From assembly GCA_051362555.1 (NCBI GenBank), contig JBPQGU010000016.1, positions 4,216,001 to 4,280,000 on the forward strand: DNA of 64,000 bases, written 5' to 3'. Positions 50,701 to 64,000 of the stretch are shown in pieces; positions within the stretch are counted from its first letter, which is position 1, and each line of letters opens with the position of its first letter. The DNA is from Lingula anatina (Eukaryota > Animalia > Brachiopoda). The notes under the pieces are model-generated. The model saw only the letters and a list, made by a program, of their open reading frames with translations. It made no database searches and was not told the origin of the DNA. The position numbers and the translations under genes were made by a program.

Positions 50701-53700
50701 GTGCTGGAAGAGTGGTGGTGTCAACATTAAGGAAGAAATAGAGCAAAAACTCTGTCTCCCCCCCCCCCCTCTCAGATTCTGTTCTCAGAGCTTATTTTTG
50801 GATCATCTTTAAAGCTAGAATTGGGGGCCTTGATGAAGTGACCCGGGCGCGTTTCCACATTTTTTATGAATGACAGGTGTGGTAGATTGATTTTCGTCAC
50901 TTTTTGGAAAAATCGGAGACGGGTCGATTTTTGGTGATTTTGAGTGATTTTGAACAGTGCCGGCACTGTGAGATTTCTTCAATTTTGGCCAGGTAGGGAT
51001 GAAAATTTTTTTTCTTCATTATAGTGTCAGGTAGGTGTGTTCGGTCATTTGTAGTAAGAATAAAGTGCTGGAAGAGTGGTGGTGTCAACATTAAGGAAGA
51101 AATAGAGCAAAAACTCTGTCTCCCCCCCCCCCCCTCTCAGATTCTCTTCTCAGAGCTTATTTTTGGATCATCTTTAAAGCTAGAATTGGGGGCCTTGATG
51201 AAGTGACCCGGGCGCGTTTCCACATTTTTTATGAATGACAGGTGTGGTAGATTGATTTTCGTCACTTTTTGGAAAAATCGGAGACGGGTCGATTTTTGGT
51301 GATTTTGAGTGATTTTGAACAGTGCCGGCACTGTGAGATTTCTTCAATTTTGGCCAGGTAGGGATGAAAATTTTTTTTCTTCATTATAGTGTCAGGTAGG
51401 TGTGTTCGGTCATTTGTAGTAAGAATAAAGTGCTGGAAGAGTGGTGGTGTCAACATTAAGGAAGAAATAGAGCAAAAACTCTGTCTCCCCCCCCCCCCCT
51501 CTCAGATTCTGTTCTCAGAGCTTATTTTTGGATCATCTTTAAAGCTAGAATTGGGGGCCTTGATGAAGTGACCCGGGCGCGTTTCCACATTTTTTATGAA
51601 TGACAGGTGTGGTAGATTGATTTTCGTCACTTTTTGAAAAAATCGGAGACGGGTCGATTTTTGGTGATTTTGAGTGATTTTGAACAGTGCCGGCACTGTG
51701 AGATTTCTTCAATTTTGGCCAGGTAGGGATGAAAATTTTTTTTCTTCATTATAGTGTCAGGTAGGTGTGTTCGGTCATTTGTAGTAAGAATAAAGTGCTG
51801 GAAGAGTGGTGGTGTCAACATTAAGGAAGAAATAGAGCAAAAACTCTGTCTCCCCCCCCCCCCTCTCAGATTCTGTTCTCAGAGCTTATTTTTGGATCAT
51901 CTTTAAAGCTAGAATTGGGGGCCTTGATGAAGTGACCCGGGCGCGTTTCCACATTTTTTATGAATGACAGGTGTGGTAGATTGATTTTCGTCACTTTTTG
52001 GAAAAATCGGAGACGGGTCGATTTTTGGTGATTTTGAGTGATTTTGAACAGTGCCGGCACTGTGAGATTTCTTCAATTTTGGCCAGGTAGGGATGAAAAT
52101 TTTTTTTCTTCATTATAGTGTCAGGTAGGTGTGTTCGGTCATTTGTAGTAAGAATAAAGTGCTGGAAGAGTGGTGGTGTCAACATTAAGGAAGAAATAGA
52201 GCAAAAACTCTGTCTCCCCCCCCCCCCTCTCAGATTCTGTTCTCAGAGCTTATTTTTGGATCATCTTTAAAGCTAGAATTGGGGGCCTTGATGAAGTGAC
52301 CCGGGCGCGTTTCCACATTTTTTATGAATGACAGGTGTGGTAGATTGATTTTCGTCACTTTTTGGAAAAATCGGAGACGGGTCGATTTTTGGTGATTTTG
52401 AGTGATTTTGAACAGTGCCGGCACTGTGAGATTTCTTCAATTTTGGCCAGGTAGGGATGAAAATTTTTTTTCTTCATTATAGTGTCAGGTAGGTGTGTTC
52501 GGTCATTTGTAGTAAGAATAAAGTGCTGGAAGAGTGGTGGTGTCAACATTAAGGAAGAAATAGAGCAAAAACTCTGTCTCCCCCCCCCCCCTCTCAGATT
52601 CTGTTCTCAGAGCTTATTTTTGGATCATCTTTAAAGCTAGAATTGGGGGCCTTGATGAAGTGACCCGGGCGCGTTTCCACATTTTTTATGAATGACAGGT
52701 GTGGTAGATTGATTTTCGTCACTTTTTGGAAAAATCGGAGACGGGTCGATTTTTGGTGATTTTGAGTGATTTTGAGCAGTGCCGGCACTGTGAGATTTCT
52801 TCAATTTTGGCCAGGTAGGGATGAAAATTTTTTTTCTTCATTATAGTGTCAGGTAGGTGTGTTCGGTCATTTGTAGTAAGAATAAAGTGCTGGAAGAGTG
52901 GTGGTGTCAACATTAAGGAAGAAATAGAGCAAAAACTCTGTCTCCCCCCCCCCTCTCAGATTCTGTTCTCAGAGCTTATTTTTGGATCATCTTTAAAGCT
53001 AGAATTGGGGGCCTTGATGAAGTGACCCGGGCGCGTTTCCACATTTTTTATGAATGACAGGTGTGGTAGATTGATTTTCGTCACTTTTTGGAAAAATCGG
53101 AGACGGGTCGATTTTTGGTGATTTTGAGTGATTTTGAACAGTGCCGGCACTGTGAGATTTCTTCAATTTTGGCCAGGTAGGGATGAAAATTTTTTTTCTT
53201 CATTATAGTGTCAGGTAGGTGTGTTCGGTCATTTGTAGTAAGAATAAAGTGCTGGAAGTGTGGTGGTGTCAACATTAAGGAAGAAATAGAGCAAAAACTC
53301 TGTCTCCCCCCCCCCTCTCAGATTCTGTTCTCAGAGCTTATTTTTGGATCATCTTTAAAGCTAGAATTGGGGGCCTTGATGAAGTGACCCGGGCGCGTTT
53401 CCACATTTTTTATGAATGACAGGTGTGGTAGATTGATTTTCGTCACTTTTTGGAAAAATCGGAGACGGGTCGATTTTTGGTGATTTTGAGTGATTTTGAA
53501 CAGTGCCGGCACTGTGAGATTTCTTCAATTTTGGCCAGGTAGGGATGAAAATTTTTTTTCTTCATTATAGTGTCAGGTAGGTGTGTTCGGTCATTTGTAG
53601 TAAGAATAAAGTGCTGGAAGTGTGGTGGTGTCAACATTAAGGAAGAAATAGAGCAAAAACTCTGTCTCCCCCCCCCCCCTCTCAGATTCTGTTCTCAGAG

Positions 53701-56700
53701 CTTATTTTTGGATCATCTTTAAAGCTAGAATTGGGGGCCTTGATGAAGTGACCCGGGCGCGTTTCCACATTTTTTATGAATGACAGGTGTGGTAGATTGA
53801 TTTTCGTCACTTTTTGAAAAAATCGGAGACGGGTCGATTTTTGGTGATTTTGAGTGATTTTGAACAGTGCCGGCACTGTGAGATTTCTTCAATTTTGGCC
53901 AGGTAGGGATGAAAATTTTTTTTCTTCATTATAGTGTCAGGTAGGTGTGTTCGGTCATTTGTAGTAAGAATAAAGTGCTGGAAGAGTGGTGGTGTCAACA
54001 TTAAGGAAGAAATAGAGCAAAAACTCTGTCTCCCCCCCCCCCCCCCCCCTCTCAGATTCTGTTCTCAGAGCTTATTTTTGGATCATCTTTAAAGCTAGAA
54101 TTGGGGGCCTTGATGAAGTGACCCGGGCGCGTTTCCACATTTTTTATGAATGACAGGTGTGGTAGATTGATTTTCGTCACTTTTTGGAAAAATCGGAGAC
54201 GGGTCGATTTTTGGTGATTTTGAGTGATTTTGAACAGTGCCGGCACTGTGAGATTTCTTCAATTTTGGCCAGGTAGGGATGAAAATTTTTTTTCTTCATT
54301 ATAGTGTCAGGTAGGTGTGTTCGGTCATTTGTAGTAAGAATAAAGTGCTGGAAGAGTGGTGGTGTCAACATTAAGGAAGAAATAGAGCAAAAACTCTGTC
54401 TCCCCCCCCCCCCTCTCAGATTCTGTTCTCAGAGCTTATTTTTGGATCATCTTTAAAGCTAGAATTGGGGGCCTTGATGAAGTGACCCGGGCGCGTTTCC
54501 ACATTTTTTATGAATGACAGGTGTGGTAGATTGATTTTCGTCACTTTTTGGAAAAATCGGAGACGGGTCGATTTTTGGTGATTTTGAGTGATTTTGAACA
54601 GTGCCGGCACTGTGAGATTTCTTCAATTTTGGCCAGGTAGGGATGAAAATTTTTTTTCTTCATTATAGTGTCAGGTAGGTGTGTTCGGTCATTTGTAGTA
54701 AGAATAAAGTGCTGGAAGAGTGGTGGTGTCAACATTAAGGAAGAAATAGAGCAAAAACTCTGTCTCCCCCCCCCCCCTCTCAGATTCTGTTCTCAGAGCT
54801 TATTTTTGGATCATCTTTAAAGCTAGAATTGGGGGCCTTGATGAAGTGACCCGGGCGCGTTTCCACATTTTTTATGAATGACAGGTGTGGTAGATTGATT
54901 TTCGTCACTTTTTGAAAAAATCGGAGACGGGTCGATTTTTGGTGATTTTGAGTGATTTTGAACAGTGCCGGCACTGTGAGATTTCTTCAATTTTGGCCAG
55001 GTAGGGATGAAAATTTTTTTTCTTCATTATAGTGTCAGGTAGGTGTGTTCGGTCATTTGTAGTAAGAATAAAGTGCTGGAAGAGTGGTGGTGTCAACATT
55101 AAGGAAGAAATAGAGCAAAAACTCTGTCTCCACCCCCCCCTCTCAGATTCTGTTCTCAGAGCTTATTTTTGGATCATCTTTAAAGCTAGAATTGGGGGCC
55201 TTGATGAAGTGACCCGGGCGCGTTTCCACATTTTTTATGAATGACAGGTGTGGTAGATTGATTTTCGTCACTTTTTGGAAAAATCGGAGACGGGTCGATT
55301 TTTGGTGATTTTGAGTGATTTTGAACAGTGCCGGCACTGTGAGATTTCTTCAATTTTGGCCAGGTAGGGATGAAAATTTTTTTTCTTCATTATAGTGTCA
55401 GGTAGGTGTGTTCGGTCATTTGTAGTAAGAATAAAGTGCTGGAAGAGTGGTGGTGTCAACATTAAGGAAGAAATAGAGCAAAAACTCTGTCTCCCCCCCC
55501 CCCTCTCAGATTCTGTTCTCAGAGCTTATTTTTGGATCATCTTTAAAGCTAGAATTGGGGGCCTTGATGAAGTGACCCGGGCGCGTTTCCACATTTTTTA
55601 TGAATGACAGGTGTGGTAGATTGATTTTCGTCACTTTTTGGAAAAATCGGAGACGGGTCGATTTTTGGTGATTTTGAGTGATTTTGAACAGTGCCGGCAC
55701 TGTGAGATTTCTTCAATTTTGGCCAGGTAGGGATGAAAATTTTTTTTCTTCATTATAGTGTCAGGTAGGTGTGTTCGGTCATTTGTAGTAAGAATAAAGT
55801 GCTGGAAGAGTGGTGGTGTCAACATTAAGGAAGAAATAGAGCAAAAACTCTGTCTCCCCCCCCCCCCCTCTCAGATTCTGTTCTCAGAGCTTATTTTTGG
55901 ATCATCTTTAAAGCTAGAATTGGGGGCCTTGATGAAGTGACCCGGGCGCGTTTCCACATTTTTTATGAATGACAGGTGTGGTAGATTGATTTTCGTCACT
56001 TTTTGGAAAAATCGGAGACGGGTCGATTTTTGGTGATTTTGAGTGATTTTGAACAGTGCCGGCACTGTGAGATTTCTTCAATTTTGGCCAGGTAGGGATG
56101 AAAATTTTTTTTCTTCATTATAATGTCAGGTAGGTGTGTTCGGTCATTTGAAGTAAGAATAAAGTGCTGGAAGAGTGGTGGTGTCAACATTAAGGAAGAA
56201 ATAGAGCAAAAACTCTGTCTCCCCCCCCCCTCTCAGATTCTGTTCTCAGAGCTTATTTTTGGATCATCTTTAAAGCTAGAATTGGGGGCCTTGATGAAGT
56301 GACCCGGGCGCGTTTCCACATTTTTTATGAATGACAGGTGTGGTAGATTGATTTTCGTCACTTTTTGGAAAAATCGGAGACGGGTCGAGTTTTTGGTGAT
56401 TTTGAGTGATTTTGAACAGTGCCGGCACTGTGAGATTTCTTCAATTTTGGCCAGGTAGGGATGAAAATTTTTTTTCTTCATTATAGTGTCAGGTAGGTGT
56501 GTTCGGTCATTTGTAGTAAGAATAAAGTGCTGGAAGAGTGGTGGTGTCAACATTAAGGAAGAAATAGAGCAAAAACTCTGTCTCCCCCCCCCCCCCCCCC
56601 TCTCAGATTCTGTTCTCAGAGCTTATTTTTGGATCATCTTTAAAGCTAGAATTGGGGGCCTTGATGAAGTGACCCGGGCGCGTTTCCACATTTTTTATGA

Positions 56701-59700
56701 ATGACAGGTGTGGTAGATTGATTTTCGTCACTTTTTGGAAAAATCGGAGACGGGTCGATTTTTGGTGATTTTGAGTGATTTTGAACAGTGCCGGCACTGT
56801 GAGATTTCTTCAATTTTGGCCAGGTAGGGATGAAAATTTTTTTTCTTCATTATAGTGTCAGGTAGGTGTGTTCGGTCATTTGTAGTAAGAATAAAGTGCT
56901 GGAAGAGTGGTGGTGTCAACATTAAGGAAGAAATAGAGCAAAAACTCTGTCTCCCCCCCCCCCCCCTCTCAGATTCTGTTCTCAGAGCTTATTTTTGGAT
57001 CATCTTTAAAGCTAGAATTGGGGGCCTTGATGAAGTGACCCGGGCGCGTTTCCACATTTTTTATGAATGACAGGTGTGGTAGATTGATTTTCGTCACTTT
57101 TTGGAAAAATCGGAGACGGGTCGATTTTTGGTGATTTTGAGTGATTTTGAACAGTGCCGGCACTGTGAGATTTCTTCAATTTTGGCCAGGTAGGGATGAA
57201 AATTTTTTTTCTTCATTATAGTGTCAGGTAGGTGTGTTCGGTCATTTGTAGTAAGAATAAAGTGCTGGAAGAGTGGTGGTGTCAACATTAAGGAAGAAAT
57301 AGAGCAAAAACTCTGTCTCCCCCCCCCCCTCTCAGATTCTGTTCTCAGAGCTTATTTTTGGATCATCTTTAAAGCTAGAATTGGGGGCCTTGATGAAGTG
57401 ACCCGGGCGCGTTTCCACATTTTTTATGAATGACAGGTGTGGTAGATTGATTTTCGTCACTTTTTGGAAAAATCGGAGACGGGTCGATTTTTGGTGATTT
57501 TGAGTGATTTTGAACAGTGCCGGCACTGTGAGATTTCTTCAATTTTGGCCAGGTAGGGATGAAAATTTTTTTTCTTCATTATAGTGTCAGGTAGGTGTGT
57601 TCGGTCATTTGTAGTAAGAATAAAGTGCTGGAAGAGTGGTGGTGTCAACATTAAGGAAGAAATAGAGCAAAAACTCTGTCTCCCCCCCCCCCTCTCAGAT
57701 TCTGTTCTCAGAGCTTATTTTTGGATCATCTTTAAAGCTAGAATTGGGGGCCTTGATGAAGTGACCCGGGCGCGTTTCCACATTTTTTATGAATGACAGG
57801 TGTGGTAGATTGAATTTCGTCACTTTTTGGAAAAATCGGAGACGGGTCGATTTTTGGTGATTTTGAGTGATTTTGAACAGTGCCGGCACTGTGAGATTTC
57901 TTCAATTTTGGCCAGGTAGGGATGAAAATTTTTTTTCTTCATTATAGTGTCAGGTAGGTGTGTTCGGTCATTTGTAGTAAGAATAAAGTGCTGGAAGAGT
58001 GGTGGTGTCAACATTAAGGAAGAAATAGAGCAAAAACTCTGTCTCCCCCCCCCCCCTCTCAGATTCTGTTCTCAGAGCTTATTTTTGGATCATCTTTAAA
58101 GCTAGAATTGGGGGCCTTGATGAAGTGACCCGGGCGCGTTTCCACATTTTTTATGAATGACAGGTGTGGTAGATTGATTTTCGTCACTTTTTGGAAAAAT
58201 CGGAGACGGGTCGATTTTTGGTGATTTTGAGTGATTTTGAACAGTGCCGGCACTGTGAGATTTCTTCAATTTTGGCCAGGTAGGGATGAAAATTTTTTTT
58301 CTTCATTATAGTGTCAGGTAGGTGTGTTCGGTCATTTGTAGTAAGAATAAAGTGCTGGAAGAGTGGTGGTGTCAACATTAAGGAAGAAATAGAGCAAAAA
58401 CTCTGTCTCCCCCCCCCCCCCCTCTCAGATTCTGTTCTCAGAGCTTATTTTTGGATCATCTTTAAAGCTAGAATTGGGGGCCTTGATGAAGTGACCCGGG
58501 CGCGTTTCCACATTTTTTATGAATGACAGGTGTGGTAGATTGATTTTCGTCACTTTTTGAAAAAATCGGAGACGGGTCGATTTTTGGTGATTTTGAGTGA
58601 TTTTGAACAGTGCCGGCACTGTGAGATTTCTTCAATTTTGGCCAGGTAGGGATGAAAATTTTTTTTCTTCATTATAGTGTCAGGTAGGTGTGTTCGGTCA
58701 TTTGTAGTAAGAATAAAGTGCTGGAAGAGTGGTGGTGTCAACATTAAGGAAGAAATAGAGCAAAAACTCTGTCTCCCCCCCCCCCTCTCAGATTCTGTTC
58801 TCAGAGCTTATTTTTGGATCATCTTTAAAGCTAGAATTGGGGGCCTTGATGAAGTGACCCGGGCGCGTTTCCACATTTTTTATGAATGACAGGTGTGGTA
58901 GATTGATTTTCGTCACTGGAAAAATCGGAGACGGGTCGATTTTTGGTGATTTTGAGTGATTTTGAACAGTGCCGGCACTGTGAGATTTCTTCAATTTTGG
59001 CCAGGTAGGGATGAAAATTTTTTTTCTTCATTATAGTGTCAGGTAGGTGTGTTCGGTCATTTGTAGTAAGAATAAAGTGCTGGAAGAGTGGTGGTGTCAA
59101 CATTAAGGAAGAAATAGAGCAAAAACTCTGTCTCCCCCCCCCCCCTCTCAGATTCTGTTCTCAGAGCTTATTTTTGGATCATCTTTAAAGCTAGAATTGG
59201 GGGCCTTGATGAAGTGACCCGGGCGCGTTTCCACATTTTTTATGAATGACAGGTGTGGTAGATTGATTTTCGTCACTTTTTGGAAAAATCGGAGACGGGT
59301 CGATTTTTGGTGATTTTGAGTGATTTTGAACAGTGCCGGCACTGTGAGATTTCTTCAATTTTGGCCAGGTAGGGATGAAAATTTTTTTTCTTCATTATAG
59401 TGTCAGGTAGGTGTGTTCGGTCATTTGTAGTAAGAATAAAGTGCTGGAAGAGTGGTGGTGTCAACATTAAGGAAGAAATAGAGCAAAAACTCTGTCTCCC
59501 CCCCCCCCCTCTCAGATTCTGTTCTCAGAGCTTATTTTTGGATCATCTTTAAAGCTAGAATTGGGGGCCTTGATGAAGTGACCCGGGCGCGTTTCCACAT
59601 TTTTTATGAATGACAGGTGTGGTAGATTGATTTTCGTCACTTTTTGGAAAAATCGGAGACGGGTCGATTTTTGGTGATTTTGAGTGATTTTGAACAGTGC

Positions 59701-62250
59701 CGGCACTGTGAGATTTCTTCAATTTTGGCCAGGTAGGGATGAAAATTTTTTTTCTTCATTATAGTGTCAGGTAGGTGTGTTCGGTCATTTGTAGTAAGAA
59801 TAAAGTGCTGGAAGAGTGGTGGTGTCAACATTAAGGAAGAAATAGAGCAAAAACTCTGTCTCCCCCCCCCCCTCTCAGATTCTGTTCTCAGAGCTTATTT
59901 TTGGATCATCTTTAAAGCTAGAATTGGGGGCCTTGATGAAGTGACCCGGGCGCGTTTCCACATTTTTTATGAATGACAGGTGTGGTAGATTGATTTTCGT
60001 CACTTTTTGGAAAAATCGGAGACGGGTCGATTTTTGGTGATTTTGAGTGATTTTGAACAGTGCCGGCACTGTGAGATTTCTTCAATTTTGGCCAGGTAGG
60101 GATGAAAATTTTTTTTCTTCATTATAGTGTCAGGTAGGTGTGTTCGGTCATTTGTAGTAAGAATAAAGTGCTGGAAGAGTGGTGGTGTCAACATTAAGGA
60201 AGAAATAGAGCAAAAACTCTGTCTCCCCCCCCCCCTCTCAGATTCTGTTCTCAGAGCTTATTTTTGGATCATCTTTAAAGCTAGAATTGGGGGCCTTGAT
60301 GAAGTGACCCGGGCGCGTTTCCACATTTTTTATGAATGACAGGTGTGGTAGATTGATTTTCGTCACTTTTTGGAAAAATCGGAGACGGGTCGATTTTTGG
60401 TGATTTTGAGTGATTTTGAACAGTGCCGGCACTGTGAGATTTCTTCAATTTTGGCCAGGTAGGGATGAAAATTTTTTTTCTTCATTATAGTGTCAGGTAG
60501 GTGTGTTCGGTCATTTGTAGTAAGAATAAAGTGCTGGAAGAGTGGTGGTGTCAACATTAAGGAAGAAATAGAGCAAAAACTCTGTCTCCCCCCCCCCCCC
60601 CTCTCAGATTCTGTTCTCAGAGCTTATTTTTGGATCATCTTTAAAGCTAGAATTGGGGGCCTTGATGAAGTGACCCGGGCGCGTTTCCACATTTTTTATG
60701 AATGACAGGTGTGGTAGATTGATTTTCGTCACTTTTTGGAAAAATCGGAGACGGGTCGATTTTTGGTGATTTTGAGTGATTTTGAACAGTGCCGGCACTG
60801 TGAGATTTCTTCAATTTTGGCCAGGTAGGGATGAAAATTTTTTTTCTTCATTATAGTGTCAGGTAGGTGTGTTCGGTCATTTGTAGTAAGAATAAAGTGC
60901 TGGAAGAGTGGTGGTGTCAACATTAAGGAAGAAATAGAGCAAAAACTCTGTCTCCCCCCCCCCCCCTCTCAGATTCTGTTCTCAGAGCTTATTTTTGGAT
61001 CATCTTTAAAGCTAGAATTGGGGGCCTTGATGAAGTGACCCGGGCGCGTTTCCACATTTTTTATGAATGACAGGTGTGGTAGATTGATTTTCGTCACTTT
61101 TTGGAAAAATCGGAGACGGGTCGATTTTTGGTGATTTTGAGTGATTTTGAACAGTGCCGGCACTGTGAGATTTCTTCAATTTTGGCCAGGTAGGGATGAA
61201 AATTTTTTTTCTTCATTATAGTGTCAGGTAGGTGTGTTCGGTCATTTGTAGTAAGAATAAAGTGCTGGAAGAGTGGTGGTGTCAACATTAAGGAAGAAAT
61301 AGAGCAAAAACTCTGTCTCCCCCCCCCCCCCTCTCAGATTCTGTTCTCAGAGCTTATTTTTGGATCATCTTTAAAGCTAGAATTGGGGGCCTTGATGAAG
61401 TGACCCGGGCGCGTTTCCACATTTTTTATGAATGACAGGTGTGGTAGATTGATTTTCGTCACTTTTTGGAAAAATCGGAGACGGGTCGATTTTTGGTGAT
61501 TTTGAGTGATTTTGAACAGTGCCGGCACTGTGAGATTTCTTCAATTTTGGCCAGGTAGGGATGAAAATTTTTTTTCTTCATTATAGTGTCAGGTAGGTGT
61601 GTTCGGTCATTTGTAGTAAGAATAAAGTGCTGGAAGAGTGGTGGTGTCAACATTAAGGAAGAAATAGAGCAAAAACTCTGTCTCCCCCCCCCCCTCTCAG
61701 ATTCTGTTCTCAGAGCTTATTTTTGGATCATCTTTAAAGCTAGAATTGGGGGCCTTGATGAAGTGACCCGGGCGCGTTTCCACATTTTTTATGAATGACA
61801 GGTGTGGTAGATTGATTTTCGTCACTTTTTGGAAAAATCGGAGACGGGTCGATTTTTGGTGATTTTGAGTGATTTTGAACAGTGCCGGCATTGTGAGATT
61901 TCTTCAATTTTGGCCAGGTAGGGATGAAAATTTTTTTTCTTCATTATAGTGTCAGGTAGGTGTGTTCGGTCATTTGTAGTAAGAATAAAGTGCTGGAAGA
62001 GTGGTGGTGTCAACATTAAGGAAGAAATAGAGCAAAAACTCTGTCTCCCCCCCCCCCTCTCAGATTCTGTTCTCAGAGCTTATTTTTGGATCATCTTTAA
62101 AGCTAGAATTGGGGGCCTTGATGAAGTGACCCGGGCGCGTTTCCACATTTTTTATGAATGACAGGTGTGGTAGTTTCGTCACTTTTTGGAAAAATCGGAG
62201 ACGGGTCGATTTTTGGTGATTTTGAGTGATTTTGAACAGTGCCGGCACTG
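47703..62250 (+). repeat. ~364-bp satellite array, right block (~40 monomers), same orientation as the left block
   Basis: Begins abruptly mid-monomer (TTGGCCAGGTAGGG) and ends at …CAGTGCCGGCACTG. Confidence 0.99.
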
Positions 62251-64000
62251 GGGGGGACAGAGTTTTTGCTCTATTTCTTCCTTAATGTTGACACCACCAC
62301 TCTTCCAGCACTTTATTCTTACTACAAATGACCGAACACACCTACCTGACACTATAATGAAGAAAAAAAATTTTCATCCCTACCTGGCCAAAATTGAAGA
62401 AATCTCACAGTGCCGGCACTGTTCAAAATCACTCAAAATCACCAAAAATCGACCCGTCTCCGATTTTTCCAAAAAGTGACGAAAATCAATCTACCACACC
62501 TGTCATTCATAAAAAATGTGGAAACGCGCCCGGGTCACTTCATCAAGGCCCCCAATTCTAGCTTTAAAGATGATCCAAAAACAAGCTCTGAGAACAGAAT
62601 CTGAGAGGGGGGGGGACAGAGTTTTTGCTCTATTTCTTCCTTAATGTTGACACCACCACTCTTCCAGCACTTTATTCTTACTACAAATGACCGAACACAC
62701 CTACCTGACACTATAATGAAGAAAAAAAATTTTCATCCCTACCTGACCAAAATTGAAGAAATCTCACAGTGCCGGCACTGTTTAAAATCACTCAAAATCA
62801 CCAAAAATCGACCCGTCTCCGATTTTTCCAAAAAGTGACGAAAATCAATCTACCACACCTGTCATTCATAAAAAATGTGGAAACGCGCCCGGGTCACTTC
62901 ATCAAGGCCCCCAATTCTAGCTTTAAAGATGATCCAAAAATAAGCTCTGAGAACAGAATCTGAGAGGGGGGGGGGGACAGAGTTTTTGCTCTATTTCTTC
63001 CTTAATGTTGACACCACCACTCTTCCAGCACTTTATTCTTACTACAAATGACCGAACACACCTACCTGACACTATAATGAAGAAAAAAATTTTTCATCCC
63101 TACCTGGCCAAAATTGAAGAAATCTCACAGTGCCGGCACTGTTCAAAATCACTCAAAATCACCAAAAATCGACCCGTCTCCGATTTTTCCAAAAAGTGAC
63201 GAAAATCAATCTACCACACCTGTCATTCATAAAAAATGTGGAAACGCGCCCGGGTCACTTCATCAAGGCCCCCAATTCTAGCTTTAAAGATGATCCAAAA
63301 ATAAGCTCTGAGAACAGAATCTGAGGGGGGGGGGACAGAGTTTTTGTTCTATTTCTTCCTTAATGTTGACACCACCACTCTTCCAGCACTTTATTCTTAC
63401 TACAAATGACCGAACACACCTACCTGACACTATAATGAAGAAAAAAAATTTTCATCCCTACCTGGCCAAAATTGAAGAAATCTCACAGTGCCGGCACTGT
63501 TCAAAATCACTCAAAATCACCAAAAATCGACCCGTCTCCGATTTTTCCAAAAAGTGACGAAAATCAATCTACCACACCTGTCATTCATAAAAAATGTGGA
63601 AACGCGCCCGGGTCACTTCATCAAGGCCCCCAATTCTAGCTTTAAAGATGATCCAAAAATAAGCTCTGAGAACAGAATCTGAGAGGGGGGGGGACAGAGT
63701 TTTTGCTCTATTTCTTCCTTAATGTTGACACCACCACTCTTCCAGCACTTTATTCTTACTACAAATGACCGAACACACCTACCTGACACTATAATGAAGA
63801 AAAAAAATTTTCATCCCTACCTGGCCAAAATTGAAGAAATCTCACAGTGCCGGCACTGTTCAAAATCACTCAAAATCACCAAAAATCGACCCGTCTCCGA
63901 TTTTTCCAAAAAGTGACGAAAATCAATCTACCACACCTGTCATTCATAAAAAATGTGGAAACGCGCCCGGGTCACTTCATCAAGGCCCCCAATTCTAGCT
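62251..64000 (-). repeat. Same satellite in inverted orientation (~5 monomers of ~360 bp, runs off the window)
   Basis: The sequence is the reverse complement of the monomer (GGGGGGACAGAGTTTTTGCTC…), and the ORF track flips strand here. Confidence 0.99.

Noticed and set aside
356-63916. Hundreds of repeated 60-106 aa ORFs (MLTPPLFQH…, MSGRCV…, MPALFK…)
   Set aside because: They are translations of the satellite, mostly with non-ATG starts. They are freely frameshifted by C-tract length and indels and contain no recognisable domain.

Overview
This is eukaryotic, probably marine-invertebrate, repetitive DNA with no intact protein-coding gene. About two-thirds of the window is one highly homogeneous ~364-bp tandem satellite: 1-26697 (~73 units), 47703-62250 (~40 units) and 62251-64000 (~5 units in the opposite orientation). 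Almost all ORFs in the supplied track are artefacts of this satellite. The monomer is itself a diverged dimer of ~180-bp subunits, carries a perfect 16-bp palindrome and phased T-tracts, and shows subfamily blocks and local 3-mer/5-mer duplications. The orientation switch falls at the palindrome. The arrays are split by a ~21-kb island (26.7-47.7 kb) of decayed mobile DNA. It holds a foldback-like minisatellite element, a ~183-bp-period relic related to the satellite, two convergent tyrosine-recombinase (DIRS-order) retrotransposon relics, several GGGGCGGATCC-type MITEs, and a 34-bp minisatellite inside a putative 5.3-kb inverted-repeat-bounded segment. It also holds an intron-containing Kolobok-like transposase pseudogene, a palindromic element built from two Tc1 3' halves, and a CR1-type LINE tail. 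The layout resembles a (peri)centromeric satellite domain with a transposon island, but that is inference. I see no clear new protein-based system; the notable signals are structural. All alignments were done by eye.
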